From NCBI GenBank assembly GCA_964016885.1, contig OZ024743.1, positions 15,376,001-15,440,000 of the forward strand: DNA of 64,000 nucleotides. Direction: 5' to 3'. This document shows positions 41,186 through 54,900 of the stretch, piece after piece. The notes below the pieces were generated by a model that did not search any database, had not been told where the DNA came from, and saw nothing but the letters and a program-made list of their open reading frames with translations. Numbering within the stretch: the first letter of the stretch is position 1; the number at the start of each line of letters is the position of its first letter. Source of the DNA: Eledone cirrhosa (taxonomy: Eukaryota). Position numbers and translations under genes: made by a program.

Positions 41186-42625
41186 AACCATCCTGCCAGC
41201 ATAACCAAGAACCTGGTAAGAAACGTTTCGTTGAGGCTTTCCCGTCTATCTACTAACGAGCATATTTTCAACGACCATTCCACTTATTACAATGAAGCTC
41301 TTGCTCGGAGTGGATTTGTCGATAAGGTAGCATATACAGAGTACGAAAATAGACCTAGAAGAAATAGATCCCGTCGCATTTGTTGGTATAACCCACCATA
41401 TAATATGGAGGTGGCTACACCATTAGCTAAGATCTTTCTTTCCCTTATTACGAAGCATTTTCCCCCTACACATAAACATAGTAAAATTGTTAATAGAAAT
41501 ACTATTAAAATGTCTTACTCTACGACTCCTAACCTTGCTCATAACATCACAGCTTAAAATTTAGCTAAACGACCCAGCCGTAGGAACACGTGCAACCCTG
41601 TAGTTAGAACTAACTGTAATTGTAGGAATCGGGTTGATTGCCCCCTATCCGCTAAATGCCTCTCTAGTAACATTGTCTACAAATGTAAGGTTGAAACGCC
41701 CACGTCACGTACGGCCTACATAGGGTTAACCGCCAATAGATTCAAGCAGCGTCTTTACATGCATACCCATTCTTTTCGTTACCCTCTCAGAAGGAAGATG
41801 ACGACACTTTCAGCTTATATCTGGAGTCTAAAAGACAACCACACCCAATATAAGTTACACTGAGAGATCCTGGCTAGAGCTAGATCGTATAACGGAAATA
41901 AAAACCATGTTACCTCTGCGCCGCTGAGGCCCTGGAAATACTCTACGCCACATCTTAAACAAAAAATCTGAGGCAATTTCGGCTTGTAAACATAAATTGC
42001 ACAAAACTTTCCTGTATTACAGCCCCACGTTATACCCTAACGGATAGTACGATCTATAGGTGGATATTTTACGTCTTGATGTGGTAGCTAAGTATATGTT
42101 ATGTTTATACCATTACTTATTTGTATAGGTAAGACTATATTACCTGTATGTTTTGTGAAGGTACGTATACTTTCTCGTACGTATATTTGATTGTTTATGT
42201 TATGGCGTATAATTTTATATATTCTGGTACATATGGTTTGGTTATGAGTGCAATTGTTCTCCACGATCCACATATGACGTATTTTCTTCGTTTTTTCCGT
42301 TTATTGCCAGAGAACGTCTCTCTGAACCACATAAGAGAACATTAGTCTACGACTTCTTTTATACCCTAAACGTGGTTCTGTCTTCGCGTGTAATTGTTTT
42401 TCACCGCACTTATTAGTGACGTATTATATTCGTTTTTTCCCCCATTTTTTGCCAGGGAACGTTTCCACGAACCAAAGTATTGGCTTCCTGTCTACCTCTG
42501 GTTGCAACATTTTTTGAAATATCCACTTCTGCGTTTATAGATTGACTTTGTTAGTTTCGGAAGATCCCGTTAAGGGTGAAAGCAGCGATTCTTTGCTTAA
42601 ACTTTAATCTGTTATTTTAATAAAT
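41186..42625 (+). mobile_element. 5'-truncated Naiad-type PLE (thumb, GIY-YIG, 3' UTR)
   Basis: [33 protein letters not shown] and YIGLT, with stops; TA-flanked. Confidence 0.88.
42553..42603 (+). ncRNA. Hammerhead motif with U4G core change
   Basis: agttt-CGGAAGA-t ccc gttaa ggg t-GAAA-gca gcgattctt tgc-TT-aaact. Confidence 0.7.
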
Positions 42626-42630
42626 ATATG

Positions 42631-42679
<49 letters not shown>

Positions 42680-42903
42680 TTATATATATATATATATATA
42701 CATATATATATGTATATATATATATATACATATATATATGTATATATATATATATATTTATATATATACATATATATAAATATGTATATATATACATATA
42801 TATATATATGTATATATATACATATATATATATATGTATATATACACATATATATAAGTATATATATAAATATATATATACATATATATATGTATATATA
42901 TAC

Positions 42904-42950
<47 letters not shown>

Positions 42951-45900
42951 AACGTTAGAATATGTGTAATAAGGCCAAGACAATGCAGATATGGACATAG
43001 AAAAAGAATGCAATAGTGAGAGATATTGATGAGAATTCGTCTTTCACCTTGAATTTATTTAAATGTCCTTAATTTTCGAGATAATATCTCTTCTTCGGAG
43101 GGAAGTAAAAGTCTCAGACCAGCGTCTAAATTTCCAATGAAGCCATGCTGACCGGAAAATTTATTTGGCAGCCGGCTTTGGCGCGCTTTTCAGATAGCTG
43201 GAAGAGTTTCTTTACAGTTGTGAACTGGGCCTGGCTCAGGCGTAATGAAAGGAGGAGGTTATAGTTCACTTGAAGCATTGTGTAATGAGGTATAAACGTT
43301 AGAATATGTGTAATAAGGCCAAGACAATGCAGATATGGACATAGAAAAAGAATGCAATAGTGAGAGATATTGATGAGAATTCGTCTTTCACCTTGAATTT
43401 ATTTAAATGTCCTTAATTTTCGAGATAATATCTCTTCTTCGGAGGGAAGTAAAAGTCTCAGACCAGCGTCTAAATTTCCAATGAAGCCATGCTGACCGGA
43501 AAAATTATTTGGCAGCCGGCTTTGGCGCGCTTTTCAGATAGCTGGAAGAGTTTCTTTACAGTTGTGAACTGGGCCTGGCTCAGGCGTAATGAAAGGAGGA
43601 GGTTATAGTTCACTTGAAGCATTGTGTAATGAGGTATAAACGTTAGAATATGTGTAATAAGGCCAAGACAATGCAGATATGGACATAGAAAAAGAATGCA
43701 ATAGTGAGAGATATTGATGAGAATTCGTCTTTCACCTTGAATTTATTTAAATGTCCTTAATTTTCGAGATAATATCTCTTCTTCGGAGGGAAGTAAAAGT
43801 CTCAGACCAGCGTCTAAATTTCCAATGAAGCCATGCTGACCGGAAAAATTATTTGGCAGCCGGCTTTGGCGCGCTTTTCAGATAGCTGGAAGAGTTTCTT
43901 TACAGTTGTGAACTGGGCCTGGCTCAGGCGTAATGAAAGGAGGAGGTTATAGTTCACTTGAAGCATTGTGTAATGAGGTATAAACGTTAGAATATGTGTA
44001 ATAAGGCCAAGACAATGCAGATATGGACATAGAAAAAGAATGCAATAGTGAGAGATATTGATGAGAATTCGTCTTTCACCTTGAATTTATTTAAATGTCC
44101 TTAATTTTCGAGATAATATCTCTTCTTCGGAGGGAAGTAAAAGTCTCAGACCAGCGTCTAAATTTCCAATGAAGCCATGCTGACCGGAAAATTTATTTGG
44201 CAGCCGGCTTTGGCGCGCTTTTCAGATAGCTGGAAGAGTTTCTTTACAGTTGTGAACTGGGCCTGGCTCAGGCGTAATGAAAGGAGGAGGTTATAGTTCA
44301 CTTGAAGCATTGTGTAATGAGGTATAAACGTTAGAATATGTGTAATAAGGCCAAGACAATGCAGATATGGACATAGAAAAAGAATGCAATAGTGAGAGAT
44401 ATTGATGAGAATTCGTCTTTCACCTTGAATTTATTTAAATGTCCTTAATTTTCGAGATAATATCTCTTCTTCGGAGGGAAGTAAAAGTCTCAGACCAGCG
44501 TCTAAATTTCCAATGAAGCCATGCTGACCGGAAAAATTATTTGGCAGCCGGCTTTGGCGCGCTTTTCAGATAGCTGGAAGAGTTTCTTTACAGTTGTGAA
44601 CTGGGCCTGGCTCAGGCGTAATGAAAGGAGGAGGTTATAGTTCACTTGAAGCATTGTGTAATGAGGTATAAACGTTAGAATATGTGTAATAAGGCCAAGA
44701 CAATGCAGATATGGACATAGAAAAAGAATGCAATAGTGAGAGATATTGATGAGAATTCGTCTTTCACCTTGAATTTATTTAAATGTCCTTAATTTTCGAG
44801 ATAATATCTCTTCTTCGGAGGGAAGTAAAAGTCTCAGACCAGCGTCTAAATTTCCAATGAAGCCATACTGACCGGAAAATTTATTTGGCAGCCGGCTTTG
44901 GCGCGCTTTTCAGATAGCTGGAAGAGTTTCTTTACAGTTGTGAACTGGGCCTGGCTCAGGCGTAATGAAAGGAGGAGGTTATAGTTCACTTGAAGCATTG
45001 TGTAATGAGGTATAAACGTTAGAATATGTGTAATAAGGCCAAGACAATGCAGATATGGACATAGAAAAAGAATGCAATAGTGAGAGATATTGATGAGAAT
45101 TCGTCTTTCACCTTGAATTTATTTAAATGTCCTTAATTTTCGAGATAATATCTCTTCTTCGGAGGGAAGTAAAAGTCTCAGACCAGCGTCTAAATTTCCA
45201 ATGAAGCCATGCTGACCGGAAAAATTATTTGGCAGCCGGCTTTGGCGCGCTTTTCAGATAGCTGGAAGAGTTTCTTTACAGTTGTGAACTGGGCCTGGCT
45301 CAGGCGTAATGAAAGGAGGAGGTTATAGTTCACTTGAAGCATTGTGTAATGAGGTATAAACGTTAGAATATGTGTAATAAGGCCAAGACAATGCAGATAT
45401 GGACATAGAAAAAGAATGCAATAGTGAGAGATATTGATGAGAATTCGTCTTTCACCTTGAATTTATTTAAATGTCCTTAATTTTCGAGATAATATCTCTT
45501 CTTCGGAGGGAAGTAAAAGTCTCAGACCAGCGTCTAAATTTCCAATGAAGCCATGCTGACCGGAAAAATTATTTGGCAGCCGGCTTTGGCGCGCTTTTCA
45601 GATAGCTGGAAGAGTTTCTTTACAGTTGTGAACTGGGCCTGGCTCAGGCGTAATGAAAGGAGGAGGTTATAGTTCACTTGAAGCATTGTGTAATGAGGTA
45701 TAAACGTTAGAATATGTGTAATAAGGCCAAGACAATGCAGATATGGACATAGAAAAAGAATGCAATAGTGAGAGATATTGATGAGAATTCGTCTTTCACC
45801 TTGAATTTATTTAAATGTCCTTAATTTTCGAGATAATATCTCTTCTTCGGAGGGAAGTAAAAGTCTCAGACCAGCGTCTAAATTTCCAATGAAGCCATGC

Positions 45901-48488
45901 TGACCGGAAAATTTATTTGGCAGCCGGCTTTGGCGCGCTTTTCAGATAGCTGGAAGAGTTTCTTTACAGTTGTGAACTGGGCCTGGCTCAGGCGTAATGA
46001 AAGGAGGAGGTTATAGTTCACTTGAAGCATTGTGTAATGAGGTATAAACGTTAGAATATGTGTAATAAGGCCAAGACAATGCAGATATGGACATAGAAAA
46101 AGAATGCAATAGTGAGAGATATTGATGAGAATTCGTCTTTCACCTTGAATTTATTTAAATGTCCTTAATTTTCGAGATAATATCTCTTCTTCGGAGGGAA
46201 GTAAAAGTCTCAGACCAGCGTCTAAATTTCCAATGAAGCCATGCTGACCGGAAAATTTATTTGGCAGCCGGCTTTGGCGCGCTTTTCAGATAGCTGGAAG
46301 AGTTTCTTTACAGTTGTGAACTGGGCCTGGCTCAGGCGTAATGAAAGGAGGAGGTTATAGTTCACTTGAAGCATTGTGTAATGAGGTATAAACGTTAGAA
46401 TATGTGTAATAAGGCCAAGACAATGCAGATATGGACATAGAAAAAGAATGCAATAGTGAGAGATATTGATGAGAATTCGTCTTTCACCTTGAATTTATTT
46501 AAATGTCCTTAATTTTCGAGATAATATCTCTTCTTCGGAGGGAAGTAAAAGTCTCAGACCAGCGTCTAAATTTCCAATGAAGCCATGCTGACCGGAAAAA
46601 TTATTTGGCAGCCGGCTTTGGCGCGCTTTTCAGATAGCTGGAAGAGTTTCTTTACAGTTGTGAACTGGGCCTGGCTCAGGCGTAATGAAAGGAGGAGGTT
46701 ATAGTTCACTTGAAGCATTGTGTAATGAGGTATAAACGTTAGAATATGTGTAATAAGGCCAAGACAATGCAGATATGGACATAGAAAAAGAATGCAATAG
46801 TGAGAGATATTGATGAGAATTCGTCTTTCACCTTGAATTTATTTAAATGTCCTTAATTTTCGAGATAATATCTCTTCTTCGGAGGGAAGTAAAAGTCTCA
46901 GACCAGCGTCTAAATTTCCAATGAAGCCATGCTGACCGGAAAAATTATTTGGCAGCCGGCTTTGGCGCGCTTTTCAGATAGCTGGAAGAGTTTCTTTACA
47001 GTTGTGAACTGGGCCTGGCTCAGGCGTAATGAAAGGAGGAGGTTATAGTTCACTTGAAGCATTGTGTAATGAGGTATAAACGTTAGAATATGTGTAATAA
47101 GGCCAAGACAATGCAGATATGGACATAGAAAAAGAATGCAATAGTGAGAGATATTGATGAGAATTCGTCTTTCACCTTGAATTTATTTAAATGTCCTTAA
47201 TTTTCGAGATAATATCTCTTCTTCGGAGGGAAGTAAAAGTCTCAGACCAGCGTCTAAATTTCCAATGAAGCCATGCTGACCGGAAAATTTATTTGGCAGC
47301 CGGCTTTGGCGCGCTTTTCAGATAGCTGGAAGAGTTTCTTTACAGTTGTGAACTGGGCCTGGCTCAGGCGTAATGAAAGGAGGAGGTTATAGTTCACTTG
47401 AAGCATTGTGTAATGAGGTATAAACGTTAGAATATGTGTAATAAGGCCAAGACAATGCAGATATGGACATAGAAAAAGAATGCAATAGTGAGAGATATTG
47501 ATGAGAATTCGTCTTTCACCTTGAATTTATTTAAATGTCCTTAATTTTCGAGATAATATCTCTTCTTCGGAGGGAAGTAAAAGTCTCAGACCAGCGTCTA
47601 AATTTCCAATGAAGCCATGCTGACCGGAAAATTTATTTGGCAGCCGGCTTTGGCGCGCTTTTCAGATAGCTGGAAGAGTTTCTTTACAGTTGTGAACTGG
47701 GCCTGGCTCAGGCGTAATGAAAGGAGGAGGTTATAGTTCACTTGAAGCATTGTGTAATGAGGTATAAACGTTAGAATATGTGTAATAAGGCCAAGACAAT
47801 GCAGATATGGACATAGAAAAAGAATGCAATAGTGAGAGATATTGATGAGAATTCGTCTTTCACCTTGAATTTATTTAAATGTCCTTAATTTTCGAGATAA
47901 TATCTCTTCTTCGGAGGGAAGTAAAAGTCTCAGACCAGCGTCTAAATTTCCAATGAAGCCATGCTGACCGGAAAAATTATTTGGCAGCCGGCTTTGGCGC
48001 GTTTTTCAGATAGCTGGAAGAGTTTCTTTACAGTTGTGAACTGGGCCTGGCTCAGGCGTAATGAAAGGAGGAGGTTATAGTTCACTTGAAGCATTGTGTA
48101 ATGAGGTATAAACGTTAGAATATGTGTAATAAGGCCAAGACAATGCAGATATGGACATAGAAAAAGAATGCAATAGTGAGAGATATTGATGAGAATTCGT
48201 CTTTCACCTTGAATTTATTTAAATGTCCTTAATTTTCGAGATAATATCTCTTCTTCGGAGGGAAGTAAAAGTCTCAGACCAGCGTCTAAATTTCCAATGA
48301 AGCTATGCTGACCGGAAAATTTATTTGGCAGCCGGCTTTGGCGCGCTTTTCAGATAGCTGGAAGAGTTTCTTTACAGTTGTGAACTGGGCCTGGCTCAGG
48401 CGTAATGAAAGGAGGAGGTTATAGTTCACTTGAAGCATTGTGTAATGAGGTATAAACGTTAGAATATGTGTAATAAGGCCAAGACAAT
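42951..48488 (-). repeat. 344-bp tandem array, ~16.1 near-identical copies
   Basis: aacgttagaa recurs at 42951, 43295, 43639 and onward; non-coding; TA tract on the left. Confidence 0.98.
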
Positions 48489-49676
48489 TAAATAAATTCA
48501 AGGTGAAAGACGAATTCTCATCAATATCTCTCACTATTGCATTCTTTTTCTATGTCCATATCTGCATTGTCTTGGCCTTATTACACATATTCTAACGTTT
48601 ATACCTCATTACACAATGCTTCAAGTGAACTATAACCCCCTCCTTTCATTACGCCTGAGCCAGGCCCAGTTCACAACTGTAAAGAAACTCTTCCAGCTAT
48701 CTGAAAAGCGCGCCAAAGCCGGCTGCCAAATAAATTTTCCGGTCAGCATGGCTTCATTGGAAATTTAGACGCTGGTCTGAGACTTTTACTTCCCTCCGAA
48801 GAAGAGATATTATCTCGAAAATTAAGGACATTTAAATAAATTCAAGGTGAAAGACGAATTCTCATCAATATCTCTCACTATTGCATTCTTTTTCTATGTC
48901 CATATCTGCATTGTCTTGGCCTTATTACACATATTCTAACGTTTATACCTCATTACACAATGCTTCAAGTGAACTATAACCTCCTCCTTTCATTACGCCT
49001 GAGCCAGGCCCAGTTCACAACTGTAAAGAAACTCTTCCAGCTATCTGAAAAGCGCGCCAAAGCCGGCTGCCAAATAAATTTTCCGGTCAGCATGGCTTCA
49101 TTGGAAATTTAGACGCTGGTCTGAGACTTTTACTTCCCTCCGAAGAAGAGATATTATCTCGAAAATTAAGGACATTTAAATAAATTCAAGGTGAAAGACG
49201 AATTCTCATCAATATCTCTCACTATTGCATTCTTTTTCTATGTCCATATCTGCATTGTCTTGGCCTTATTACACATATTCTAACGTTTATACCTCATTAC
49301 ACAATGCTTCAAGTGAACTATAACCTCCTCCTTTCATTACGCCTGAGCCAGGCCCAGTTCACAACTGTAAAGAAACTCTTCCAGCTATCTGAAAAGCGCG
49401 CCAAAGCCGGCTGCCAAATAAATTTTCCGGTCAGCATGGCTTCATTGGAAATTTAGACGCTGGTCTGAGACTTTTTCTTCCCTCCGAAGAAGAGATATTA
49501 TCTCGAAAATTAAGGACATTTAAATAAATTCAAGGTGAAAGACGAATTCTCATCAATATCTCTCACTATTGCATTCTTTTTCTATGTCCATATCTGCATT
49601 GTCTTGGCCTTATTACACATATTCTAACGTTTATACCTCATTACACAATGCTTCAAGTGAACTATAACCTCCTCCT
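48489..49676 (+). repeat. Inverted arm of the 344-bp array, ~3.5 copies
   Basis: Reverse complement of the left array, directly abutting it, with a TA tract on the right. Confidence 0.98.
48783..48854 (+). ncRNA. Candidate hammerhead ribozyme, one per 344-bp unit
   Basis: cttttacttccct-CCGAAGA-a gagata t tatctc-GAAA-att...aat-TC-aaggtgaaag; U4C variant, with imperfect stems I and III. Confidence 0.6.
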
Positions 49677-49749
49677 ATATATATATATGTATATATATAT
49701 ATATACATATATATATATGTATATATATATATATACATATATATATATG

Positions 49750-49780
<31 letters not shown>

Positions 49781-49833
49781 GTATATATATATATATTTAT
49801 ATATATACATATATATATATGTATATATATACA

Positions 49834-49864
<31 letters not shown>

Positions 49865-49889
49865 GTATATATATATATATTTATATATA

Positions 49890-49982
<93 letters not shown>

Positions 49983-49985
<3 letters not shown>

Positions 49986-50154
49986 AACCAGTAAGACCCC
50001 GACAGCTGAGCTCAAGCCGTTTCGACGGCTCCGTCGAAACGGCTTGAGCTCAGCTGTCGGGGTCTTACTGGTTCCTATTACCCACTCTACTACCTCAAGT
50101 ATTGAGTACTTTGGTGCGTTATGGTCCACCTGGTTCCTTACCACATTTCCTTCG

Positions 50155-50156
<2 letters not shown>
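49983..50156. mobile_element. Fold-back element copy 3 (opposite orientation)
   Basis: Homologous to 23748-23940, with a shorter hairpin centre gacgg-ct-ccgtc. Confidence 0.9.
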
Positions 50157-50210
<54 letters not shown>

Positions 50211-50215
50211 TAATA

Positions 50216-50259
<44 letters not shown>

Positions 50260-50526
50260 TTCGGTCTATACACACTAATTAAAACAGAGACACTCTTCGC
50301 AAAAGCTTGTTACATGCATAGATACATACATACATACGACCGTCGGCTTTATATATATCATACCTGTACCTTCAGTATTGATTTGACATATAATACCTGT
50401 TTCGGGGAAAATAATAATGAATAACATTCTGTTAGAAATAGTTAAGAAAATTCTAAGGATCTTTGAATCTAAATACGTATACATACACACACACACATAC
50501 ACACACGCACACACACACACATACAC

Positions 50527-50618
<92 letters not shown>

Positions 50619-50619
<1 letters not shown>

Positions 50620-51769
50620 CATGTAAATATAAATTAATATATATGATGAAACACAAATACCAACATATCTGTGTTTATATTGTAAAAGAAATTAAGTTAG
50701 CTAGAATGAAATATACTAGCAGTACGGGTATGAGGCTGGCTAGAAACTGTAAAACCATGTGCGTTAAACAGTCTTTTAAAATATTTGGAAGTGAAGCATA
50801 TTAATTTGTTCTGGGTGTTTACTGAAGAGAGCTGGACAAGATATCCTTACACTTATTCATCTCGAAACATATTTGGATGTTAAAGTTTAAACTTATCTAC
50901 GGAACAGGTTTGATTTTGAAATTAAAATTTGTCTAAACACCATGGCCATTTGCCAATACTGTTTGTTTTTGTTGATTTATTATTTTAAATCGATATAGGC
51001 AAGCTGTAATATTATAATTAGTATATTTCATTCTAGCTAACTTAATTTCTTTTACAATATAAACACAGATATGTTGGTATTTGTGTTTCATCATATATAT
51101 TAATTTATATTTACATGTATTACACGGCTCAGAAATATTCTTTTCTTTGAGCTATTTCATTGTAAAGGAATGCTTGAGTTCTGAACTCAATACACTTAAT
51201 ATATATATTTATAAACTAATATGCATGTGATGAAACACAGATACCAACACATCTGTATATATATTGCAAAAGAAAAATTTAGCCAGATTGAAGTATACTA
51301 ATTATTATACTACAGTTTGTCCATATCGATTTAAAATAATAAATCAACAAAGACGAACTGTATTGCCAAGAGGCTATGATGTTTAGACACATTTAAATTT
51401 CAAAATCAAACCTGTTCCGTAGATAAGTTTAAACTTTAAAATCCAAATATGTTTCGAGTTAAATAAGTGTAGGAATATCATGTCCTGCTCTCCTCAGTAA
51501 ACATCCAGGGACAAATTGATATGCTTCACTTCTAAATAATTTAAAAGACTGCGTAACGCACATGGTTTTACAGTATCTAGCTAGTCTCATAACCGTACTG
51601 CTAGAAATAACAGTCGTATATATGAGGCGGCTTGCAGCTCAAAATAGGAGCAGTTAAATTAATAAGGTAATGAATTCTTTTACAATGGAATTAGCTCGAA
51701 GGAGGAAAATACCACCTGAGCCGTGTATAAACTAATATGTATGTGATGAAACACAGATACCAACACATC

Positions 51770-51772
<3 letters not shown>
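50619..51772. mobile_element. Two insertions of a ~520-bp HHR-bearing unit, one with an inverted arm
   Basis: 50620-50717 is inverted relative to 51019-51118, and 50718-51110 relative to 51215-51603; 51213 and 51729 are direct repeats; HHR core CTGAAGA-gag..ctc-GAAA-cat..atg-TT at 50817-50886. Confidence 0.75.
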
Positions 51773-51815
<43 letters not shown>

Positions 51816-51874
51816 TATATACATATATATATGTATATATGTATTTATATATATATATTTGTATATATATATAC

Positions 51875-51937
<63 letters not shown>

Positions 51938-51938
<1 letters not shown>

Positions 51939-54900
51939 TAGGTATAGGATTATCCTGGATGCAGTAATGGTTAATTACTACACTGGATAGCGTTGACGTA
52001 CGGTGAGAGGTTGCTCAACGAGTTATGGAAGAATTGTTGAAGAAACCTAATTCCTGATCCTTCTGTATTCCGGAGTGTAGATAAAGAATGAATAATAACA
52101 GGTAGACATCATAAAAAGGTAACTTATTCTGTGTGCTTAAAATGTTTCCACGGTGGTTATACAGCCTAGTTATGCTATGTGCAAATTCATAACTATTTGC
52201 AAAACTCGATTATCAAATGCTGTGACCACTGTATCATCAGAGCAGAATGGTTAAAATGTAATACCCTTAAGTGTAAATACCCTTACATGAGGTTATTGGG
52301 GAAGAGTAGAAAGGGAAGAGAGAAAAGTAGGGGAGAGGGAGAGAGAGAGAGAGATATGCAGGGGTTGGAGAAATAGGAGAGAGTGGTTTGTAGATATCTT
52401 AATCAAAATGTTGTGGTAGGGGTTTTATTATACTCGTTACTCTTAAAGCGACCACCTTAAGCGATGCGTTGATAGTCAAGGTTGAAATTATTTATTGCCC
52501 CAGAGGGCAGGTTCATAGATGTGGAGAGCGAGGGAGATGGACGTAGGGCGAGATAGAGAGAGGGAGTGGAATGGATAGAGAGGGAGAGATAGAGAGGGGA
52601 CAGACGAAAGCTATGGGGTGGGTGTACATTGTGTTCATAGTAGTAATCTACGAATTGCACTAAGTTTTCATTTATAGTGATAAGCAGGGTATTGTCTTGT
52701 AGTGTGGGGGAAGAGAAAGTGGTTAGCTAGAAAGCAATGTTATAGTTATGGGTTCGAATGTTAAGTTATTTTATAGTGAGATAATTTAGCTTTCAGTTTG
52801 TGGTTGCAGTATAATGATCGTTCGATTCTATCATTGAGTAATTTATTTTGGGATTTTAAGATGTAAAAGAGTTCAAGGTTTCATAACCTACAGTACTTCA
52901 ATCCAGTCCGATATGCACTAGCGCTGGAAAGTATATCCCATTTCAAGATCAACTGTTGGTTGCGTTCACGGAGTTGCAAGGTCTTGTTGGCGAGCGTGGT
53001 CACAAAACGGTGATCAGGATGTTTAATTGAGAATCGATGACGGTACCAGCGAGATTTAAAGGAGGTAGTGGTAGACCCGATGTAATACCATTTCTGGTCG
53101 TTCGATTCAACAGTGCATTGTTAAACAATTTTGGACTTTAGGCATTTATTCTTCAATGGACATCTTTCAGGTAGGTGGCAGTTAGAGTTTTTGTTGTGGG
53201 TAGCGGGTATACCATGGATAGGTTATGGTAGCAGTACAGGTGTGTTGTGTAATACCTGTCTCCCATTTAGTGGTTGGGAGGCCGATATTACGTTATGCTG
53301 ATCTGTTACTAAAATATTTTGTTTTGTAGTGTTGTTTAATTGCTTTAAGTTAAGTTTTTTATGTGTTTCAAGGTTCGGTGCCGTGGAGTATGATAGTTTA
53401 ATAGTTTTAGAGTTCAGAATGTTACTGTATTTATGGGAACTAGGGAAATGCTTGTTGATTAACTTAAAGAATAAAAGAGATAGTTTTGTACTAATCGAAG
53501 CATTACAAATGGGATTATACCAGATATAATTTCTACAATGTGATTTATTTGGTGATGATTTTCTATTATTAGTATGCCTGGTGGTACTGCGTGTGTGCGC
53601 TTGTATTTCAGTACCCCGGTTACGTATTCCTTGATTTCGTGTAGAACTATGCGTGTTATGGAGATTCTTATCAATGTATTCTATTGTATCCCGGTGGTCG
53701 GCATTCCTTAATGCATTATTATAGTATTCAGCATGTTCACTAAAAATCTCAGAGTCAGACGATAGGCGAGAGATTCTAAGAGAAATACTACGGGGAACCG
53801 ATTTGATCATGGAAAGTGGGTGGTTTGAGTTAAAATTGATATAGGTAAGTTTCTCATTTATCTTGTGGAAGGCTCGTATCAGTCCGGTATTTAAATTAAG
53901 AGTTACGTCTAGAAAATTTACTATTTTAAGATTGTATTCGTACGTTATTTTTATTCCCAGTTCACTAAAAGATGTTCTAATGTTTTTCCGTAGTCTTTCA
54001 AGATTTTGGTTATTTAAGTTATTAACTAATAAGAGCCCGTCATCTATGTATATCCCCCCCCCCCCTGTAGATTACTAAATTTACTATGTAGTATGTGGGC
54101 TATGTAAATTCCCACAAGAACCGTGACCTCCGCTGAGTCGTTGGAACCCATGGTAATGTCGAAGTTTGTGGGTCTGTCTCTACGTTCCCAGTAGCAGTTA
54201 TCAAACTTGATAATAGTTTTTCTAGCCTCGAGAATAATATTAATTTCGTCCTCCGTTAGGTCGGAATTGAATTTAGCAAACGATAGGGCCTCACGTAAAG
54301 TGCCGGGTGAGATTGAAGAGTAGTATTCGTCTATGTCAAATTGTATAAACTTAGATTTATTCTTGTTCTTAACGTTATTAAACCAGCGAATTGCTTCGCT
54401 AGTGTTGCCCCATAATTTAATTTCTATTTTCTTTTTCACTTGTGTTATTACTCTGTCAAGTATATGTTTGCTAATTTTTGCTATGTCTGATTTAGAAGAG
54501 CATATAAATCTAATCTTAGGGTTAGAGTCAAAATTTACCTTATGGTCCTTCAGGTTAAATGTGGGGGTTGCGGGTATAATCGGCTCGGTTCTATCGTCTA
54601 TCTTGAGATTCTTCACCACCTTGTATGCCTCGTTGTTAATATTTGCTAGCGTAGTTTCATTTGTATTTCTATATTTTTTGTGTAGTTCATTGCGTATGAA
54701 GCTGTTGTATGTATCGATATCCATGGTATACACGTTAGAGATCTTTTCAGCTTTCACAACAATTTCATTGGTATTTTGCAGTCTTTGGAGTAGTGCTTTC
54801 ATGTTGCTCTGCAGATCATTACTTCTATGTTTGGTAAACTTAATATTCATGGTCGTATTCATTAAGTCTTGTTCGAAAGCATCGAGATGGGTGATTGTGG

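Noticed and set aside
42951-49676. Array as CRISPR or a tandem protein gene
   Set aside because: There are no variable spacers, no long ORF, and the context is eukaryotic.
52875-52895. TGA at the conserved CxxC cysteine (CRL*N), recalling selenoprotein-coding Naiads
   Set aside because: The paired copy at ~56088 has TGT, this copy has other stops, other TGAs in the window replace W/S/R, and I recognised no SECIS.
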